From positions 1,984,001-2,048,000 of the forward strand of contig JAYWIR010000018.1 of NCBI GenBank assembly GCA_036172245.1: a stretch of 64,000 nt of DNA, written 5' to 3'. This DNA is from Raillietiella orientalis (taxonomy: Eukaryota). Of the stretch, positions 36,301 through 64,000 are shown piece after piece. The stretch's first letter is position 1. Each line of letters begins with the position of its first letter. Both the position numbers and the translations under genes were made by a program. The notes beneath the pieces are model-generated. The model did not search any database. It was not told where the DNA came from and saw only the letters and a program-made list of their open reading frames with translations.

Positions 36301-37439
36301 TTCCCGAGATCAGTAGCCCAGGAGTCGTGATCACGGAGAAAAAGGAAACACTTGCGGGTGCCAGCCACCACCATGATGGGGCGAGTTGACTTACAACTTA
36401 GTCTGGAGAACGGGCGGCACCCTAATAGAGCACGGAATTCGAAATGGGATTGCTGCTAGTTGAAAACTTGACCTGCAGCATCAGTGCACGGCTTGCTGCA
36501 TCACGTATGCTAGTCCGAGAAAGAGGGATGCAAACCTTGACCTCTCAGACGAACAGGAACACGCTTCGATCAACTGTAGTAGGTCTCTGCTGTCCTCCGA
36601 CACGCGGCACGGGCAAGAGCGCAACCTGGTCTCATGGGAGGCACCCCCTTGCGCGGAGTTTTGCAGAGCAAGATCGCCTTTTCGATGCACCGGGCCATTT
36701 CTTTGCTCGTTCGTGTTTTGCAGGCTTTTCTGGGAATTCTGCTATCACGTGAGTGGTAACACTGCTGAGCGCCGCGCGCGACAACGGCAAGCAATGTGAA
36801 ACACACTGTGATGTTGAAGACATAGGAGGAATTTGCAGAATTGCATGACAAGAACGACAATCACATAAACACGGAGCACGAGTGTGAAGTCCGGGTGTGG
36901 CAATTGGGTGTCTGTGCTATTGCAGTTAGATTTCGTATTACCTGAAATACAAGCTTGTACATGCAGTAAGTGTATGTGCAGCTTGATATTACAGGAGCAT
37001 TCCTGTTTCTGTGGACTTTATAGTACACGACCGTGGAAGTAGGTTCTCGTCAACCCAAGGTCCCTCGACATAAAAGTGCTCATTTTCTTCCTCTCTTTTC
37101 CAGAACACTTATTAAGTGATAAACTTAGATGATCGATGGTTAAAATCAGGTTTTTGAAAAGAGTCTGTAGCAGTGCTACAGATGCGTCTTATTTGAGATT
37201 TTCCCCATATGTGCAATAGTCTTGCAGTGACCACCAAGTTCTGCACTACAGTTTCCGGTCACCTCATCTTCTCAGTGGCAAAAGTTCATGAGTGTTAACC
37301 GAACACCACCAGAAAACTCCTGTCTGCACTCCGCAAACGGGAGTGCAGCTGTATAAGGGACCACTGCCACGAGGAGACTGTTTTACTTGCTGAGGAATCG
37401 CTGGCAAATACCCGTGGAGTAGCACTTTACAGGGCGACT

Positions 37440-37720
37440 GGATGTGATCATCAATACAAGAGTATTATTGCTGAAAGGGGCAAAAATTCCGTGTGTGCCC
37501 CCTGAGGCGACGGCGTAAAGAAAACTCACCATTCGTACACAGTGGCGAACCCAATTAAAGTGCTATGGAATCGTTCTTCAGAGGATGATGAGGTCGATTC
37601 ATGGGTGCGGTTAGAGGGAATCAATTTCGAAAGGATATACGAGCGTCTGCAAACCGAGAAAAAATTTGAGCAAACGACGGAAAGATTTTGGTTCCCTGTT
37701 CCATCTGATGTGTTCGGAGA
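37440..37720 (+). mobile_element. Degenerate LINE RT fragment
   Basis: LEGINFERIYERLQTEKKFEQTTERFWFP resembles the L1/Tx1 RT segment LxLDFEKAYDRLxWxFLxxTLERFGFP. Confidence 0.6.
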
Positions 37721-38495
37721 GGCAGGAAACCCTCTGAATACTTCACGTGTTGCTTTTCCTTAAATCCCAGTTTCCCTGTCCATTCGTTTTCTTCTTCCCC
37801 TCTATTTGTACGCAGTGCATTACTTTTTCAAAGACTCCTGCATGTGGCTGAATAAGGTTGCTCAAATCGGCTGTGCAAGCCTCAATGTTACCCGGTTTGT
37901 GTTTCTCATACGCGAATGCTCTCCGTGCTTTGCTTTGCAAAACGAAGTTTCGAGATAATCGCAACTAGCTGCACGTTTTCTTAGTTTGCACAGCTGGCTT
38001 CTTAGAAACCAATATGCAATGTAGAACATGTTTTTCTCCCGGTTCGATGAGGAACGCTGTACCTCTTTGTCGGTCTGATGGTGACCATGGAAAGTAGTAG
38101 GAGGGTGTACAGTCGGAATGCAGGTGTGTATAAACCATGCATACGGGCATTGTATAGCAGGAATGACACGTTTCAAAGATTCAGTCCATGTTTCCAAAAT
38201 GATCAATACACAGCACACATTTATTGAAAAAGAGCCTGTATTGTAAATAAAATATCCAGCCAAAAAACAAGCGAAAGTGGCACATAAAGTACACAGCAAG
38301 ACAAAATTGAGACTAGAGAAGCAAAACACTTAGGGGCAAGGTTTAAAAAAAAAGTAGGGTTCATAGGGAATGTTCATATCAAAACTTTTTGGCTGGCATG
38401 CGATTTGTCGCCCTATATTTTATCGCATATCACCAGCAGTGTTGCATCTCTAATAAGAGTTTAATACTGCCAAAAATGAAGGCAACTTTGCATTT

Positions 38496-59433
<20,938 letters not shown>

Positions 59434-60375
59434 TTTGAATATTTTAATGGGGTTATATACTAGGTTTCAGCAAACCGAATTATTCTGGCATCCAAGCATG
59501 CACAAATATATCACAAACTCATGATAGATGAATACAGCTCTATGCAAACGTTTAAAAGAAAGTTAGTTCACTAGGATACATACACATTCACTGATATATA
59601 CGTATACATACTAGAATATGGAACCTGTTTTTCAAAATATCTTTTACTAGAAATGAGAACCACAATTTCCAAAAACCTCATCACTGCATGTACTAGTACA
59701 GTTTCGTCAAACTAATGGTTGCATAGATAATCCATACGCGTACATGAGAACCAAGGATAGTTAAAACAGGAATGTTGGCATGGAACGTCGTGAAAACTGG
59801 TTGATTCATATCCATATAACATCCAATGAAATCATTGTGTTCTTTACTTGTTCAAATACGAGGAAAATCTATCCCAACTGTTACCACCACACAATGCTGA
59901 AGTAACACAACCAACTTCAACAATACTTCTGTACCACAGACAGCGGTCGATATTTTCCACTAACAGCTTGTGCGCTCTCAACATTTTGCATTGATAGCGA
60001 CATCTTTAAGTTGGCACTATGTAGAAACGAAATATAGTTGCTATGGAAACCGCTTCAACTGAAAGATGGCACGCATCATTCATCGATCGATAAAATGGGA
60101 ATGCTGGGAAAAACTTGAGCGTAGTTGGATCGTGCGGCAGCGGCAAGGATGCTGTAGAATGTAATGCATTCTTTTCCCCATAGTGGAGCGTAATCGGATA
60201 ACAGAGAATTGGAACATCCTAATATAACAAAAATCTTTACGCTGATGATCATTCCACAAAGTGAACTGAGGATTTTCAAATCAGTGCTGTTTCGGGGTGT
60301 AATTATGCTACAGTGATCAGACTTGAACATCAGTATTCATGTAGTCAAAAATTCAGACAATCCAAATGAAATTAA

Positions 60376-60381
60376 TTTATT
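60376..60381 (-). promoter_or_regulatory. Candidate polyadenylation signal for RanBP9/10
   Basis: AATAAA on the minus strand, about 50 nt downstream of the stop codon. Confidence 0.5.
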
Positions 60382-60429
60382 AAATATTTTTTTTTTTTTT
60401 TATCTTGATGTCTGCCTCATGATTGCATG

Positions 60430-63400
60430 TCAACCCAATCGTTGTTGAAGTAAGCTATCCAGATCAGCAAAGGCACAAGCACCCAAACCGTTTGTACGGC
60501 ACATCAGACGTATTAGTTCTTTGGTATGAGAAATCGCTAATTCCAGTTGTGGCCGAGACGGTAAATTGCGTGATTCTAAAATGTTGATAGCAAGTATTAA
60601 AAAAAAAAAAATACTACATTACCTTGGATGGCAGAATTAAGCAGCGCACAAATGGGTTCTCTTTGCACAGGATCAAGTTGCCATCCCACAGGGCTATTCC
60701 AGGGATCTGAATATGCTAGCAGACTAAATGCATTTTGCAGAATACGTTTATTCTCCTCATTATGTCCCATTTCCCGACACAGCTGGATGCTAAATGCCTT
60801 TAATTCTCTCCCATAATGGATAATAGAATAAGCCAAAAGTGCTTGATGCCTCTGATTCGTACTCTCTCCATCTAAAAATACTGCTTTTAATTAGCTACTT
60901 AGTTTAGGATGTGTATACCTAAATTCTCATCTTCATGCAGCTGTCCATTTTCACAACCATTAGATGTTACTCCATTGCTACTAACTTCCTCCATTTCAAC
61001 ATCTGAATGCAAAGGCAATGAAGAGTCACCACCAGCCAATGTTGGCAACTGTTCAGACAATGGGTAGAAATTTTTTGTGCTCTGAATAACAGAAGTTTGA
61101 ATGGGACGAGTAGCTGGACTGCTGCTACGTGAACGATTTAACATAGACTGTCTCTGCGTGGGATAATTGGGACTCATTGAGGGGCTGGAACCTTGAGATT
61201 TAGGACTTTTGGCAAAACGCATTTCTGAATCAGCTCCTCCAATCATTTCAATAAACTGTCGAACACGCAAAACAAACAATAATTGTTGATTGTGTTCCAA
61301 TAACCCAGGATACAATCTCTGTGTCACATCAATAGTTTCTCCCATTCGTCCTGATAGCACTAATCGCTGAATACCTATTTTGATGGAAGAGCTTACAATT
61401 TATCAACACATCAGTGACTATTTACGTTGTCGATTTCTAATTGATATGGGCTCCTCATTAAAACTCTGTTGTGTGCAGTGAGCAAAAGCTTCAGCACTAG
61501 CACAATACCCATAATGCACCAAGTATGTCTGTACAATTCTGCATATGAAAAGATTAAAGAATTACATATTTCATGTACATACTTCTGTAAAATAGTTTGC
61601 CATTCTCCCTTATCATCCATTACAGGGAACCTCTGTATGGTCATTTGCACTTGCATTTTCAATTCTTTCATCATATCCTCCACATCAAATACAAAAGGCA
61701 TTTGTCCAAAATTTGCATCAACAATCTCACCAGGTGTCTGAAGACCCACTGTAGGATACAAATTGGGCTGCAACATGTTACAGCCTCAGATTTTCTTTAA
61801 AATATATGCTACTGACTGCAAGGTCAACAAATGCAATTCCCAAATTGTGACCATTCTTTGTATAGAAGCAAGTATTGTCAATCAGATTGACACCACAACC
61901 TATTACATCTCCAGTTGTAAAAGTTGGTCCATATACTTGTCCTGTCCCAGATGAACAAAAAGAATGACCATCATCTCCATGATAACCATATGACTGTTTA
62001 TCCCATCCTAAACAATATCCAATGGTCAATATTAAAATTTTAAAACTGAAACAAATAGAATCAGAAATGCAAACCTGGAAGACGATTCATGTTAACTCCT
62101 TGAGCTGACAATCCAATCCCCATATAGCTAAAAAGTAAAAATTTAATTTTGGTTTTACAGAACCATAACCTCACCCATCTCTTCCTTTACTAATTATTTT
62201 GACTTCAAAGTAATACAAGCCACATGCAGAAGGAATTGGATGGGTTGCTCTTACACTACCAGCATCAATATGTGTCTTTCCATGACCTCAAATGCAAGTC
62301 TATCCTAAGTTTTTGCATTCACAATTATGAAACAAAAACTTTTACTTTGTACCTTAAATGAATTTGAATTTCTTACAATTAAATTAAAATTTATAATAAA
62401 TGTAAAGAAATGAACATTTTTATTATACTGTGAAACAATAATCAACAAACATGAAACTTTGATCTCCTCACAATTTGTAACAAAAATTCATTTCATCGAC
62501 AAAATGCATGAGAATAGCAATGGACAATTCTGTTTACCAAAGTGCTCGTTCTACTTCAATTCATGGTGTTTTGCTAATGTAAAATTGGCATAGAAATTTG
62601 TTAAATATGGTTTTTGCACATGATTTTATCATTCCTTGTACTTCCTTTTAGGAAGTTCAAATTTTCCCAATTCGTAAGCACTCACAATTAACAAATCAGC
62701 ATGCATTGAAAATTTAATTCATATTTGAAAGAACATCCTAAATAGATTGAAAGAGTTACAACAATCATGCACTCATATTTGTGTAGATGATACCAGTTTT
62801 AAATCTGATTTCACTGAAATGTTCCAAACTGGAAGGCAGCTGCAGGTTGGAAAAAAGCTAATAGTAATACTTTTAATGGCTTTCGACATGTGCATTTTTG
62901 CATATTGCATTAGCTCATCATGATAGTAACATGGACAAGAATCTGTATCACCATGTTATAAACAATTTGGAGTCCAAACATATGTTACACTGAACTCAGT
63001 AACAATACTCAAAAGAAATAGTGCATTTCAAGGATTATCGAATTGCATTGCAGCAAATGGTTCAGTGAAGTTGGGAACCAAATGTCAGTGAAAACAAAAC
63101 GGATTTTTGACCATGCTTTCAACAAGCTTGATCTTATTTACTGAAACTATGAACAATTAGATCAAAAATACAATTATAAATGTTGTATACACATTAATTT
63201 CTAAACATGGAAAACAATTTTAAGCAAAAGTTATAATTCGTAGCAATAAGCATAGTAAAAATTACCTTTATAATGAACTCTAAGATTGTTTTGTGATAAT
63301 CCAATATAATTACATTTATCTTTGTTACTCCATGCTCTGGGTAAAGGAGTTTCCAATTCGTTCACATGTGGATATAAGAGCTTTATCCTGTCTATTTGAT

Positions 63401-63434
63401 TATTATTTATTTCTAATTTTGAGGAGGATGTCAT
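60430..63434 (-). CDS. RANBP9: Ran-binding protein 9/10 (RanBPM, CTLH/GID complex; SPRY-LisH-CTLH-CRA; 9 exons, about 557 aa)
   Basis: complement(join(60430..60575,60623..60871,60919..61374,61426..61538,61583..61767,61817..62007,62075..62127,62175..62286,63266..63434)). Motifs include [81 protein letters not shown] (LisH) and [16 protein letters not shown] (CRA). Junctions are GT-AG and in phase. The start codon is assumed. Confidence 0.94.
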
Positions 63435-64000
63435 TTTATTTCAGTCGATTCATCACAGGGGCCTCACCTGGCAATAAGAACTAGGCTTGTGAAAAGATAA
63501 CAGAAAACAACTTATTTGAATGCTAAAATACTCATGCATCCGTTGATTTTTCCTTACAGTTAGCATTGCATACTTTTCACACATGTTGAAATAAACATTA
63601 CCACGAAGCACCTCCTGTCACAAATGTAAACAGAAGTCAACACGATACGAAGCATACAATAGAGTCGTATAAAGCATAGAACAAAATCCTTTTGGGAAAA
63701 TCCATTTCGACAATTGCAGTCCTTTCTCAGCCTTGAGCTTTTTTCTGCCCAAAGTTTACCAATAGTTTTATACGATTTTCAGGAACCATAAACTAATACA
63801 TAGTTGTCGCTGAACACAACTTCAAAATTAAAACCTTTCTGATTTTACAGCATTTCGAAGATTGCATATCATTCAAATCACAAACAAAAGTATAAAATCT
63901 AAGAAAAGATTATCCTATTCCTAACTAGTCATAGCTTCTATTTCTTTCGGTTATTTTTAAGAATAATTCAAGCGTTTCATAATTCATTTGAAATGTTCTC

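Noticed and set aside
37324..37348. 9-bp hairpin CTGCACTCC/GGAGTGCAG, and short direct duplications at about 672-712, 48608-48645 and 50027-50065
   Set aside because: Too short to separate from chance or ordinary slippage. No array or CRISPR-like periodicity.
17462..37700. Idea that the GC-rich block is bacterial or other contamination, or a horizontal insert
   Set aside because: It contains in-phase HNF4 exons with a host-type mini-intron, the GC transitions are gradual, and there are no prokaryotic genes or operons.

Overview
Eukaryotic genomic DNA from an invertebrate animal. The G-alpha-o N-terminus looks arthropod-like, but the taxon cannot be fixed from the sequence. Four spliced genes can be rebuilt with GT-AG introns and consistent phases: GINS3/PSF3 (+, 14673-16235), HNF4 nuclear receptor (-, 16279-31871), G-alpha-o (-, 38496-59433) and RanBP9/10 (-, 60430-63434). 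The background is AT-rich and most introns are tiny (42-67 nt). Two GC-rich domes (~2-12.5 kb and ~18.5-37.7 kb) interrupt it and are carpeted with frameshifted relics of L1/Tx1-like non-LTR retrotransposons (ORF1, APE endonuclease, RT, C-terminal zinc finger) in both orientations. The second dome swallows the 5' half of HNF4, so one gene has near-saturated GC3 in its DNA-binding-domain exons and AT-rich codons in its ligand-binding-domain exons. Homologous LINE domains also appear to take on the local GC level. Other notable items are an intact orphan coiled-coil ORF (5810-7036), a ~200-bp inverted pair, a 32-bp-stem hairpin, and tail-to-tail GINS3/HNF4 genes 43 bp apart. Most long ORFs in the GC domes are compositional artefacts. 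All TE calls are by-eye motif recognition, not database hits.
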